Of a stretch of 64,000 nucleotides of DNA, positions 11,364 to 23,134 are shown piece after piece. How positions within the stretch are numbered: the stretch's first letter is position 1; every line of letters begins with the position of its first letter. This stretch comes from Marsupella aquatica (lineage: Eukaryota; Plantae; Marchantiophyta), in contig OZ316897.1 of the NCBI GenBank assembly GCA_973895155.1, positions 5,467,227-5,531,226 on the forward strand, given 5' to 3'. Both the position numbers and the translations under genes were made by a program. Below the pieces are notes generated by a model. It was not told the DNA's origin. It worked only from the letters and a program-made list of their open reading frames with translations, and searched no databases.

Positions 11364-11876
11364 TTGGAAGGAATGGAAGGCAAGGTGCGGGCGCTCATTG
11401 ATACTGGCTCGGAGATCAACTTGATGGATCCAAAGGTGTTTCAAAAGGGGAATTGGCCGGTGGACAATGAGTTGCTTTGGAGTGTGAACTCGGTGAGTTC
11501 AATGAAGGACTATCTTTGGGGCGGATGTCCGAATGTGATGGTGAAGTTCGGGAATGTCAAGCAGGTTTGTAACATTTTTGTTCATGAGCACTTGTCATTT
11601 CCGGTGATACTGGGCATGCCTTTCATCACTGAATGGAGGATGGAGACGAAGGTTCTGGATGATACTACCTTCATGGTGAAGGTTCGAGGCAAAGATGATA
11701 AGGAGGTGGTTCAGTTTCCGGCGATTCTACCTGGAAATGAGAGGAACCGAAAGCAGTTGCAAGATCCGACAGCGGCAGAAGTTGGCGTTGCTATGGGGGA
11801 GAACCAAGATGCTAAGATGGATCTAATACAGAGTTCAAAGGGGAGCCAATTTTGGACCAAAAGATGGGGAGTCTAG
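11364..11876 (+). CDS. Retroviral-type aspartic protease fragment
   Basis: ALIDTGSEINLM and VILGMPF motifs. Confidence 0.8.
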   Translation: MEGMEGKVRALIDTGSEINLMDPKVFQKGNWPVDNELLWSVNSVSSMKDYLWGGCPNVMVKFGNVKQVCNIFVHEHLSFPVILGMPFITEWRMETKVLDDTTFMVKVRGKDDKEVVQFPAILPGNERNRKQLQDPTAAEVGVAMGENQDAKMDLIQSSKGSQFWTKRWGV

Positions 11877-14188
11877 TGTTCAAGGAAGAGTGTTACTCAG
11901 GAGAGCTACTGGACATTGGGAAGTATCTGAGTGAAATCGAAGCAACTGGAACGGGATGGTGAAGAGTTCGGAGACATTTGAGTGAATTCTGATAAGTTCA
12001 TTCTTAGAGACGGCTACCTTTGGCGGAAACCTAAGGGCCCCATGCTAGTATCGATGAGAGTTGTCGATTCTAAGGATGAGCAAAAGCGGATTTTGGAGGA
12101 AGTCTATGATGCTGATGTAAGTAGTGGGTAATTCCAAAAGCATGAAGAAACTGAAAATTTTTAAATTTTTTATGGTGTTTAAACTCTAATTATTGCTAAC
12201 ATAGCGGAGATAGCATTCTGTCTATAAGTTACGGGTTCCCAAGTTTAAGGTTACGAGTAAACTCCCTTTACGAGTTTAGGAGTTTATGACTTTACTGCTT
12301 TACGAGTTACACCTTAAGAGTTGGTGACCCTGTGATCGTGACATCTTACGACTAGTTCAACGGGACTCCACAACGGATGAAGAGCTCACCTTGAAAGGGA
12401 AGGAATGCAAGACATAGGCGCTCATTACTGACTTCTCTTCCACCTTACCTCTCAAACTCTGCCCAGCTTCAACCGGTATTTCAGAGATGTCAAATGGAGG
12501 CTTCACCCTTTCTATTCCAGGATGCTGAACTTTGATGAATTCCTATACCATTATCCCCTAGTATATGCTGCCTCTTGCAACAATTATGATGTAATTGGGA
12601 TATATAGAGAAGCCCTTCGTATTGATTCATGTTATTTGATGAAGAGAATGCCTTTGATGTATCCTGAGAGACAACTGAGATGCCTACCCTACTCTCGAGG
12701 ATCCCCACGCCAGGCTGAATTAATGGAAGTTACACAAAATCGAACAATTACAGCAGTGGAGCTACTCGAACCAGAGGACATCCGACAGCAAGCTTGAAGA
12801 AGTCTTTAAGTGTTTTTAGTTAGTTTTTAGAGTAGTGCATCTTATCTGATTTTTAGAAATGTGTTCTAGAGCTTTAAAAGCTGTCATACTTCTTTAGCAT
12901 GTAGTCTGTACTTAGGAAAGCCTTCTGGCAAAATTTGAGGCTTTTCTGAGCTACGAGTAAGAAGTTAAAAATAGTTGAATTTGCCAAGTTTTTACTTCTA
13001 TTGCAATTACGAGTTACGACTTAGTTAGACTTTTACTAGTTTAAGAGTTTACTAGTTCACAGCTTTTACTAGTTTAAGAGTTACTAGTTTATGATTACGA
13101 GTTCCGACAGATTTCCGATTATGAGTTTAATAGTTTACTAGTTTACGAGTATAAGTCATTTACTAGTTACTAGTTTACGAGTTCAGACTTAGTCATTTTT
13201 CCGACTTTTCACTCACAGTTTTGTAGTTTTAACTTTTTGAGGAGTATGAAGAGGCATGTCTCTTCGACCCTATGACCTCTCACTTGGTAGATTTTTACTA
13301 TAAGATAGCTCTACCACTAGTGTAGATTATGGTAAAGTCTAGCAATTTTTGCCTTTCCTTGGTGTTCTACCAGTTGATCATGAATGTTAAGAGTTCGAGA
13401 TCAAGCTTGACACCAGGAGAAGACTTTCCTCCTTCTTGTGGTTTAATCCTTTGAATAAATCATGGGAAGTAAAATTCCAATTGTGTAAATCTTATGAGAT
13501 ATGATGACAGATTCCTCTTTGGTGACTCATTACAATCTCCTGAGTTCTTGAAGTTAACTCACTTAGTTTAAGTCTTATTTGAAATTGATGGATTTTCTTT
13601 CGTGTTGCTTAGTACTATCTCAATGTTGAAGTAGCTACCTTTTAGATCTTATCTGAGTACCATCTAGAAAGAAAGGATAAGACATGTTGACGGCATTTTA
13701 AAAGGTACTCTAGTAAACAGTTTAGATCTGAAAAGCAATATGGATTTGAATCCTTAAGTCTTTTCATTTTGACTTATGTTTAAGGAGTAACCTTGGAAAA
13801 TTCCAGACTCCCTTAGCATACTTTGAGATATTTTTCCTTGTGTTTTGTTAATCATTTCCTTTTCATTAATTTATGGTTACCCAATGCTGAGTTACCATTA
13901 AAAACTACTCACCGCTGTGGAGCGATCTTCAAAATACCTTAGTAAAGTAATCAATTTTGATTACTATGTGTTAGAGAGAGTCTTTAAACTCTCATTTGTG
14001 TTTTTATGTATCAAATCAACCCCATCTTGTTCTTTACGGGAACGAATACCGAGTTTGGTAATGGTAATGGTAATGGTAATGTATTATAAGCTCCGGGACC
14101 ATGAAAGTCAAAGGAGCTGCCACAAAAAGTAAAGTACAATGCAATCAAAGAAAAGAGCAACCAAAAGAGATTGCTCAGAAGAGGACAA

Positions 14189-17100
14189 CTATGTCCTCAA
14201 AGAAACTATGGACCTAGAGAGCCCTGAAAGATTTTCCAAACCTATTCTCCTTTCCCTATCCACCGCAAAGATAAATCTTCCAAGTTGCTGAGGGGGCAGA
14301 CCAAACAATGCATACAAATCTTTCACCAAGATTTGAGATGCCATCCTAACCCCCTCATAAAACTTGCAAGCAATGAATACATGATATTCATTCTCTATAC
14401 TAGAGCTATCACATAGTTGACAAACCCTCTTTTTCCTGTCAATATCCTTCCATCTCCCTTGTTCTACTTCAAGGTGGTGTGAGCTTAGTTTATACTGAGC
14501 AATAAGTTGTCTAAGTTGTACTGAGATAGTGCTAGATAAGTATTCTTGTTCTCGATATTTCTTCATGGGGTTCACATCTCTCATGTAGTATTGTTGCCGT
14601 GGGCTAGGTTCATGCCAAAGTTTGTGCAAAGCCTTTTGCTCAAGTTTTGCTCTTAGCTTGGTTGGGTGTGTTGGCCATTCATGTTCAGGAAAATCCCAAG
14701 CATGGGCCCACCTGCACACATCTGCATACCACCCTTTAGCTGAAGATGAGCGCAAGGCATGAAAAGGAAATCTGTTTTCCTCCAACTCTCTTACACGCAT
14801 GATGTATTTGAGTGTGTGGAAGAGTGCCTCCACCTCCAAAGGAAACAAGCCTGCCTCTGCAAGTGTAAGTGTATATGGGGTTTGTGACTTGATCCCAAGC
14901 TCCATCTCAAGAAATAGCTTTTGTAGCCCCTCAATCTGTTGCCACCCAGATTTAGACACACCTGCTCCCCAAATTGGTGCTCCATAAAGAATGACTGGTT
15001 TCACCAAAGCTCCAAAGAGATGTTTCCTTAACCTCCAAGTGTGTAGACCAGCTCTTTTGCATTTGTTCATGAATGCATAAAAAGCTATGTACCCATTGGC
15101 AGTCCTAGATTTTACACATGAGGCCCAACTCAAGTTTTGAGAGAACTCCACCCCAAGGTATTTGTAGGTCCTCACAAATTCCACCAGATTCCCTTGGAAG
15201 TAGAGCTCTGGATTTTGTCGTGTGCCAATGCCCAAACACTTGGTCTTCTTGAGGTTGACTACCATCCCTGTTGCTTGACAAAACTCCTCCAAGGCATTGA
15301 GATGTCTTTGCAAAGCTTCTTGAGCATGAGCAAGTAGGACCACATCATCTGCAAATATAAGAAGTTGGAGGACAAACCTACCCAATTGAGTGCCAACTCC
15401 ACCATGCTCCTCCAAAATGTTGTGTAGCTGATCAATGAAGATGCCAAATAGAGTTGGTGAGAGAGGACAACCTTGGATCACCCCAAGAGTGCTCCAGATT
15501 TCTTCAGAGGTTTCCTTTGAAAGTTTGATGCGCACTTCTTGGTACAATTTAGAAATAGCCAACCTGAGCTCTTCAGGCACTTCCAACTCCACCATCCTAT
15601 CCCAAAGCTTGGATCGGGAAACTTTGTCAAAGGCCTTGGAGAAGTCCACAAACAAGCAAAATAATGGTTTATGTGGAGATTTGGCCTTTTCACACAACAC
15701 CCTCAAGCAGAGAATGTGATCCATAGTGCTGAATTCTCTCCTAAAACCTGCTTGTGAAGGTGCCCTTTTCATCTCACTCTCCAACCAAGAGCTTAATCTG
15801 GCTTCAAGTAGTCCTCCCAAAACTTTAGCAAAAGTATTGCCTACCATGATGGTTCTGTAGTTGTGCACATCGTCCTTGTTGCCTGCCTTGAAGATAGGCA
15901 CCACTCTTCTGGTCATCCAAGCTTTAGGTAAACCTAAAGCCATTGCTTGATTCAGCTCATGCACCAAGTTTGTTAATAAAGAGGGTCCTCCCCACAAAAG
16001 AAGCTCCAAGTTCAGGCCCAACAGATCTTTAGCTTTCCCATGTTGCATGTGGGAAAGATGCACCTTCACCTCCCTCTCTATAAACTGAATGGTGTCCCCA
16101 AGGGGCAAAGGCATGCCACTAGCATCTGGAAAGAAATACAAGGATGTGACATAGGTTACCAGGTCCTGGTGATCCAAGGGGGGAGTAGTCTTGCCTGATT
16201 GCATTCTCTCCCAAAAACGTTTTGGATGTTTGATGAACTCCTCACATAGTGATTGTTGATGACTCTTCAAGAAGCACCTCTTCTTGTGTTTGATGAAGTT
16301 CTTGTACATAGTGAATGCCAAAAGTCTCTTTTCCCCTGAATGTGATCTTGCTTGCATCCTTGCTCTAGCACAATCCTCGTCAAACCAAGCCTTCATGTTT
16401 TGCTTTCTAGGGGGTTTGGTGGAGAAAGTAGAGGCTGCTGCTTGTCATATGACTTCTGAGAGCTCAATCTGATCATCCAGGGTATGGAGAAGATGTTCAA
16501 AGTTGGCTTTGAAGATGACTTCTCTATCAGGGTCTAGAAACAGAGGTTTGGGTACTGGCTTTCTATGCACTTTGTTTGGGATTGTGGTCAGGTCAAGATG
16601 GAACAACAAAGGCAAGTGTGAAGACTCTGGTTGTTGATCAAGTATTTGAAAGTCAACCACTCTAGTGGCAGAGGTAGGTGTGGCAAGAAGGTAATCAATG
16701 GTACTACATCCTTGTTTAGATCTAAAAGTGTAACCAGATGATTGGGGAAATCTCTCAAGCCCATTCAATATTCTTAGATTACAAGAAGCTCCCAAATGCA
16801 AAAAGTGACGTGTCATGTCATTTGTTCTGGTGTCAAGAGCCTCTCTCACCCAAGGTAGCTCTTCACTACATGATGACCAAGGTAAAGTTCCTAAGTCCTC
16901 ACTTTCAGTAAATTGTTCATTAGATACCCTGGCATTAAAGTCCCCCACTATCCATGTCTCCCCTAGTGGTGATATATCATGAATGACTTGGATTAACCTA
17001 TGAAATGGATAATGTGCATCAGCAATTCCCATCTTATAGACATTCATATTAAGGGGAGCAAAGTAGGTGACAATCAGAAATGATGGAGTACCTCTGGTAT

Positions 17101-17392
17101 GAAGTCTCACCACCATGAACTGCTTGCTGGGATCTTCATGCTCAATAGAGGTGATGTGTTGAAGTTGATTCTTGGTGTAGACAGCAATGCCTCCAAACCC
17201 TCTTCCCCGTGTGGTCGTCTTCTCATTGAAGATGGATTGTATGCAAGTAAAGCCTTTAATGCTAGGTAGAGCATTTCCCTCATATTCCCAAGTCTCCGTG
17301 AAAAGCAAGATGTCAAAATTCTCAAACAAAGGTTCCCCTCCAATTGCTGTTTCTATGGAAAGTCCTGAAACATTCCATGCCATGACTCTCAA
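14189..17392 (-). pseudogene. LINE ORF2 (APE endonuclease, reverse transcriptase, C-terminal CCHC)
   Basis: WNVSG, ETW, GDFNA, TIDY, SSH; QGCPLSPTLF, FADD; RVCQLC..ENEYH..C. One premature TGA at 16445-16447 where copy 2 has GCA. Confidence 0.9.
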
Positions 17393-17404
17393 GGTCCCGA
17401 TCCA

Positions 17405-18175
17405 TCATTTAGAAACAACTCTCTTCTTATTGGTAACAACAGCTTGTCCATTGCGCAAGTAGGCTACCAATCCTTGGTCTTTGGCTACCCTCACCTTCTC
17501 AAGCTCAATTTTCCTTGCTTGGACTTGTGTGGGAGTCAGATCATCATCCAACCAAATCCTTAGCCCTTTAAGCATGCTCCTGTTAGCCATCACTCTAGCT
17601 TTCTCGGATTCAGCTGCAAACTTCACCAAGATTGGACGTGGAAGGTCCCCCTTCTTTTGCCCAATCCTATATGCTTGCAAAATGATAGGGTCATGCACTT
17701 TCATCTGAGATTGGAAGAATGAAATTGCTACCTTCTTGGTGTCTTCCTTCTCCTCCTCAGCAAGGCCTGATATTTTGCAGTTGCTGACTCTTGCATGCTG
17801 GTTCTTGTGTTCTTCCTCTAGTGCTCTCCTCTCCTCCTCCTTGGCTTGGACAAATTCCATATGTGATTGTTTTGCAGCCTGTGCAAAGGTTTTGAGCTTT
17901 TCCTCAATCTCCCCTACAGCCTCATGTATCACTGATTTCTCTGGGCACATACTCTTCTCCATGTCTCCAAAACACGATGCAAGCAATGAGAGTTGCTTAC
18001 CATTCTCCTGAGTTTGAGATCGAAGATCACTAATCAACCTCTTTTGCTTGACATTCTCATTCTTTAGCTCCGTCACCTCCTTGCTGAGTGTGGTAATCTC
18101 AATTGCGGAGTTTTCAACCACAACTAAGATTTTCTCAAGCAAAGCCTTGAGATGGGCAATCTCCTCCGTTGCCAT
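17405..18175 (-). CDS. LINE ORF1 (coiled coil + RRM-like domain)
   Basis: N-terminal heptad repeats; PRPILVKF..IWLDDDLTP motif. Near-identical ORF at 62610-63380. Confidence 0.85.
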   Translation of the reverse strand: MATEEIAHLKALLEKILVVVENSAIEITTLSKEVTELKNENVKQKRLISDLRSQTQENGKQLSLLASCFGDMEKSMCPEKSVIHEAVGEIEEKLKTFAQAAKQSHMEFVQAKEEERRALEEEHKNQHARVSNCKISGLAEEEKEDTKKVAISFFQSQMKVHDPIILQAYRIGQKKGDLPRPILVKFAAESEKARVMANRSMLKGLRIWLDDDLTPTQVQARKIELEKVRVAKDQGLVAYLRNGQAVVTNKKRVVSK

Positions 18176-18244
18176 CACAAAGCTGAAACTGTTGTTAGAA
18201 TGTACTCTTAGACGACAAATAGAAATTGGGAGCAGTAGAGGATG

Positions 18245-19285
18245 TCAGTTGCAGCTCTACCTTTGCCAGTGATACACTCTCGCTATTTGCAACACTCTGG
18301 CAAAGTCTGAGCTCAAACCGCAGCCGATTGCCCTTCCAACTCGAAGTGAAATTTCGCCCCAAGCTCAGAATCCCAAAACTGGACACGTAGCAGATCGTGC
18401 ATGCTAAAGTGCATACCAAACGATATCGGTTGCAGCTCTAACTTTGCCAGTGATACATTCTCGCTGTTTCCAATGCTCTGGCAAAGTCTGAGCTTAAACC
18501 GCAGCCGATTTCCCTTCCAACTTGAAGTGAAATTTTGCCCCAAGCTCAGAATTGCGAAACTGGAGACGTAACAGATCGTGCATGCTAAAGTGCATACCAA
18601 ACAATGTCGGTTGCAGCTCTAACTTTGCCAGTGATACATTCTCGCTGTTTCCAATGCTCTGGCAAAGTCTGAGCTTAAACCGCAGCCGATTTCCCTTCCA
18701 ACTCGAAGTGAAATTTTGCCCCAAGCTCAGAATTGCGAAACTGGAGACGTAACAGATCGTGCATGCTAAAGTGCATATCAAACAATGTCGGTTGCAGCTC
18801 TAACTTTGCCAGTGATACATTCTTGCTGTTTCCAATGCTCTGGCAAAATCTGAGCTCAAACCGCAGCCGATTGCCCTTCCAACTCGAAGTGAAATTTTGC
18901 CCCGAGCTCAGAATCGCGAAACTGGAGACGTAACAGATCGCGCATGCTAAAGTGTATACCAAACGATGTCGGTTGCAGCTCTAACTTTGCCAGTGATACA
19001 TTCTTGCTGTTTGCAATGCTCTGGCAAAATCTGAGCTTAAACCGCAGCCGATTGCCCTTCCAACTCGAAGTGAAAATTTTCCCCGAGCTCAGAATCGCGA
19101 AACTGGAGACGTAGCAGATCGCGCATGCTAAAGTGCATACCAAACGATGTCGGTTGCAGCTCTAACTTTGCAAGTGATACATTCTTGCTGTTTCCAATGC
19201 TCTGGAAAAATCTGAGCTTAAACCGGAGCCGATTGCCCTTCCAACTCGAAGTGAAATTTTGCCCCGAGCTCAGAATCGTGAAACT
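18245..19285 (-). repeat. About 5.7 tandem 181-bp monomers forming the LINE 5'UTR
   Basis: Near-identical ORFs recur at 18313, 18494, 18675 and 18856 (period 181). Confidence 0.9.
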
Positions 19286-20758
19286 CGCGAATGTGGAGGG
19301 CGTACTCGCGAATCCTGAGTTTCATCAACTACTGCAAGAATTGAAAACATTTTGAGTTTGAAGACCTTTAAGTGTGTTTTTGGTTCTTCATAGAAAACTA
19401 CAGCTGAGGTCAAAGGTGGTTTGAAAGGAATAAGGGCGAAGGTCTGTGAGCAGATCCGAAAGGAGTATTGGTGGCCAGATTTGTATTGGGATGTTCAGGA
19501 GTATGCTGACAATCGAGGGATCCATCACAATTTGAAGAGGCAGATTCAAGAGCTTGATTGGATTGACTGTCGAGTTGTTGACATACGGGAGAGAGTGAAG
19601 GTTTGCAAGGTGCGAACTAGAGATGAAATGGACTCAAGTTTCAACTTGAGTGAGTTTGAAGTCGAGGTGCTGGTCTAGGCGCATCCGTTGGATTTGAGTT
19701 TCGAAAGTGGCTTGACTGGTTCTGATTTGGATGAGTTGGACTTCGAGTTTCTGGAAAGTGGAGTGCCTAAGGCCGAGTCTAAAGGCTTTGGGTTTGAGTT
19801 TCTTGAGGAGGAAGTGGTCCAGGCGCATGGCTCGAGTTTGGACTCAGACTTAGAGGAAATCTGATTGATTGGAGCAGACCGGAGGCTGCTCAGGTTTACT
19901 GGGGGAGGATGTCGTGCTGAAAGATTTTGGCTCAGGAATGGCTTTTATAGGGGATGATGGGCGAGGCCTCTCGGTTGGGTTGCGTGCATGCTGACTCGGA
20001 GGGGCTGCTTGGTTGGATGGATTGAGGTTTGGTGATTGGGTGACTCGTCGTCACCAGGTTTGGTGTTTAGGTGAGTCACCAGGCTTGGAGTTTGGATGAG
20101 CCTCGCTGCTGGCAACTGGCTCAGGCTGGATGGTTGGGTTTTTGATGCTACTGAAGACTTGAGCCTTGGCTCATTGAGGTTGGCAATTGTCTATTGAGAT
20201 CTGTTGAGTTGCGTTTTGTGAGTTCCGCTCTGTTCTGTGGAACTCGACTATTGTGCGGCGGTTTTGGAGTTTTGAGTGAGTTTTCGATCCAGGCGGAGAG
20301 TTTTTGATCCAGGCGGGGAATTTCTCGAGTCTGGAGTCTCGTTGATCCAGGCGGGGATTTCTCAAGTTTGGAGTCTTGTCAATCCAAGCAAGGATTTCTC
20401 GAGTTTGGAGCCTCGTTGGTCCAGGCCCGAGTTCCGTGCGAGCTGTTTTAGACTAGTGGAGTAGCTAGTTGAGTTTTTGGTTTTGTGAGCTAAGGAGGAT
20501 AGTTTTTCTGTCAGATTTTGAGTAGTTAGTCACTTGAGGAGTTCTACCCGACAAGTTAGAGGTAGCGGCCCGCCGTAGGTCCAACTACCAGACTCTTGCG
20601 GGCAAGCTTACTCGAGGGCACCTATTGTAACCTTTGTGAGAAAAGTAAAAAAATATAAAGGAGTGAGAGTTCACTCCGAAAAGCTTGTCACCTATCCCGA
20701 TCGCAGCCAGAAACACGTAGTTTGCCCGAGGAGCCCCCAACTTTAAGTCCTTGCGACA

Positions 20759-22556
20759 ACGTCCTTTACCAATCAGAATCATAAGCCTCATACATCTATC
20801 CAGGCTATGTACCTGGTCCCATCCCCGCAACCTATTCCAGCGAGTAGAGAAGTCCCTCCATGTTCTCGTTTTAGGGGACCAGTAGTCGGCAATTACCCGG
20901 ATCCCAATCCGACCATACATCTCTGCAGTAAAGGCCAGCTCCGCCGCAATCCAGTTGTGAAATCCCTGTGTGCACTTAATAGCATCCATCACACTCCATC
21001 TCCCTGGAAACCCCTCAACACTTGGAACAAAGGAAATGTGTGTCCTCAAGGTCTCCCAGGCCTTCCAGATCCCACCCGTATAATTCATTCCACCAAAAGA
21101 GCAAGGGGTGCATAGCAAAAGCTTATCCGCCAAGGTATATTGGTTCCTTCTGATCGTTTTGAAATTCTGCCAGCCCATAATACCAAGGTTAGCACAGAGC
21201 ATCCTTGACCACTCTGCCCTGGGGGAATCCAGAGCCTTCATGAACCACTGGGTCAGCAACGCATCAGAATGGCTTCAAAAATCCCCGAGGCCCAGACCTC
21301 CATCAACCTTAGGCCTAGTCATCTTGTTCCAAGCAACCAATGGGATCTTTTTCTCTCCCGCCGGATTCACCCCCCACAAAAAATCCCTGCATAGGGCAAC
21401 CATTTTCTTTGACAGACCTTCAGAAGCCTTCATGTACATCACATGGTACACTAGGATAGCCATCAGCACATGCTTCACTAGCAGCACCCTACCCGTGAAT
21501 GACAGTAATTTGTTAGACCAAGAAGACAATCTGGAGGCGATTCTGTCAAGGCAAAATCTATGCAGATTCTTCGTTGTTAACCCAATTCCAAATGGAGCAC
21601 CCAAATATTTCTGGACTTCACCAAAACCACTGATCTGGCAACCAGTTGCTTTAAGCCACTCCGGCACCACAATCATAGCAAGCGGCACAATTACAAATTT
21701 CCTCAAATTCAGCCTCGCACCAGATGCACATTCGTAACAGGACAGCCTCGGTTGCCTCTCGGAACGCCATTGCTAAAGCCGGAATGAACATTCCCACATC
21801 GTCAGCAAAAAGTCTATAACAAACCTGCAGCCCATTTGTGACCTGTATACCACTCAGTCTTCCTATAGTCATCTCAGCATCCAGAAAGTCCATAAGGGGT
21901 TGTGTAGAGATGACAAAAAGTAAAGGGGAGAGAGGGCATCCTTGCCGGACTCCCCGCCTCAACGAGATAGATTTGCTGAGAAAACCATTCACCAATACAC
22001 ATGAGGAAGCATCAACCAAAAGTGCCTTGATTAAGTTTATCATTCTACTACTGAAACCAAGAAGTTGCATGGTTTCCCACAAATATTCATGATTCACCCG
22101 GTCGAATGCCTTCTCAAAATCCAGCTTTAGAAACAAAGTTTCCTGCTTGCGGTTATGTACCCAATCGCTGGTAAGCCAGGCAAGAGAAATATTTTCTAAA
22201 ATATGGCATCCCGGGATAAAGCCGGTTTGCTGTGGGCTAATCAGCTGACAAAGTAGATGCTTGATTTTCAGTGCAATTAATTTGGCCAGAATCTTGTAAG
22301 TCTTGACCATTGTCAAAGGCCGCCAATCTTTCAAGTATCTCTTATCCGGTTTCTTGGGAATCAATTTAATGAGCCCATCCTTGATCTCAGCCGCCAACTT
22401 CCCTGTCAGCCAGAAATCCTGAATCATAGCCAGCAAATCATCCTTTGTGAATTCCCAACATTCACAAAAAACCTTAGCTGTTAGCCCGTCCGTCCCAGGT
22501 GCTTTGTCCCCAGGAAGAAGCCATAGCACCGTTTTCACCTCCAAGAGTGTAGCCAT
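20759..22556 (-). pseudogene. L1-clade LINE RT fragment, degraded and 5'-truncated
   Basis: KAPGTDG, KDWRPLT, KLDFEKAFDRV, GVRQGCPLSPLLF, LFADD, KYLGAP, RDFLWG, GGLGL; several frameshifts. Confidence 0.85.
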
Positions 22557-22603
22557 GTTGGCAAAAGATTGACTACCATTACTGCAACAACTGGTCGTGG
22601 CTG

Positions 22604-23134
22604 TCAACATCGGACTCCACCTAATGGAGTTGGCCATCTACTCAGGACTACTTTGTTCTCTAGGATCAAACAATCAATGCTAGCCAGGGTAAGTAAATCT
22701 TCCCACCAGCTTGGCTTGTATGCGTTCGAATCATCGTTGGAATCACTAGAACCAACGCCCCAGCAAAACCCACCCCGACTGCAAGAGGAGTCATCATTGG
22801 ACCCCGAGTCGTTGTGGGTCCGTGCGTCGTCATCTGTATCCTCGCCTTCACTAGAAGAACTTGTGCCATGCCCAGGTGGCTGGTGCAAAGAAGAGAACTC
22901 CGCCTTCAACACCCGAGATTTCTGCACGAAGGGTTGAACTTCTGCCTTAGCCAGAGGAGCACCATCTGGTGCGGATATAGTTACCCGGGTCTTCGCGATC
23001 ACTTTCCCCTTCGCCAAGATCGGGACGGTCAAATGAGCTAGAGGCTTTGGGAGAGACTTCTCCGCAGCACCCTCTCCATTGTTGTTGCTTTGAAATGTAA
23101 CCGTTGCCTTCCCCTTCTCTTGTGGTGGAGCCAT
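22604..23134 (-). CDS. Unknown ORF, divergent from transposase C and truncated by the L1 fragment
   Basis: ATG-initiated 176-aa ORF with an acidic/Ser-rich tract. Occupies the position held by the ParB-MTase gene in copy A but shows no visible similarity to it. Confidence 0.35.
   Translation of the reverse strand: MAPPQEKGKATVTFQSNNNGEGAAEKSLPKPLAHLTVPILAKGKVIAKTRVTISAPDGAPLAKAEVQPFVQKSRVLKAEFSSLHQPPGHGTSSSSEGEDTDDDARTHNDSGSNDDSSCSRGGFCWGVGSSDSNDDSNAYKPSWWEDLLTLASIDCLILENKVVLSRWPTPLGGVRC

Larger units (their letters stand above)
14057..19314 (-). mobile_element. Full-length RTE-X-like LINE, copy 1
   Basis: Tandem-repeat 5'UTR, ORF1, APE-RT-CCHC ORF2 and a (CATTAC)n 3' tail at ~14057-14080. 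Probable TSD CCGAGTTT/CTGAGTTT (14049-14056 and 19315-19322). Confidence 0.85.
12116..19402. mobile_element. Solo LTR (~2.0 kb without the nested LINE)
   Basis: TGTA...TACA ends flanked by a perfect 5-bp TSD GCTGA (12111-12115 and 19403-19407). Internal TTTACTAGT/TTACGAGT repeats at ~13000-13190. Confidence 0.85.
11990..19510 (+). pseudogene. Integrase Zn-binding (H2C2) region remnant, split by a solo LTR
   Basis: FILRDGYLWRK..EQKRILEEVYDA at ~11997-12115 resumes at 19403 with ..IRKEYWWPDLYWDVQEY. Confidence 0.6.
9258..20758 (+). mobile_element. Ty3/Gypsy (Ogre/Tat-like) LTR retrotransposon, internally deleted (no RT/RNase H seen), with nested insertions
   Basis: Short 5' LTR TGTC..GACA at 9258-9354 shares its last ~75 bp with 20683-20758. 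PBS, gag, protease and an integrase Zn-binding remnant are present. Flanks TTTCC and ACGTC do not match, so the two LTR ends may come from different insertions. Confidence 0.75.

Noticed and set aside
18195-19355. Repeated 95-aa and 66-aa ORFs
   Set aside because: By-products of the 181-bp monomers.
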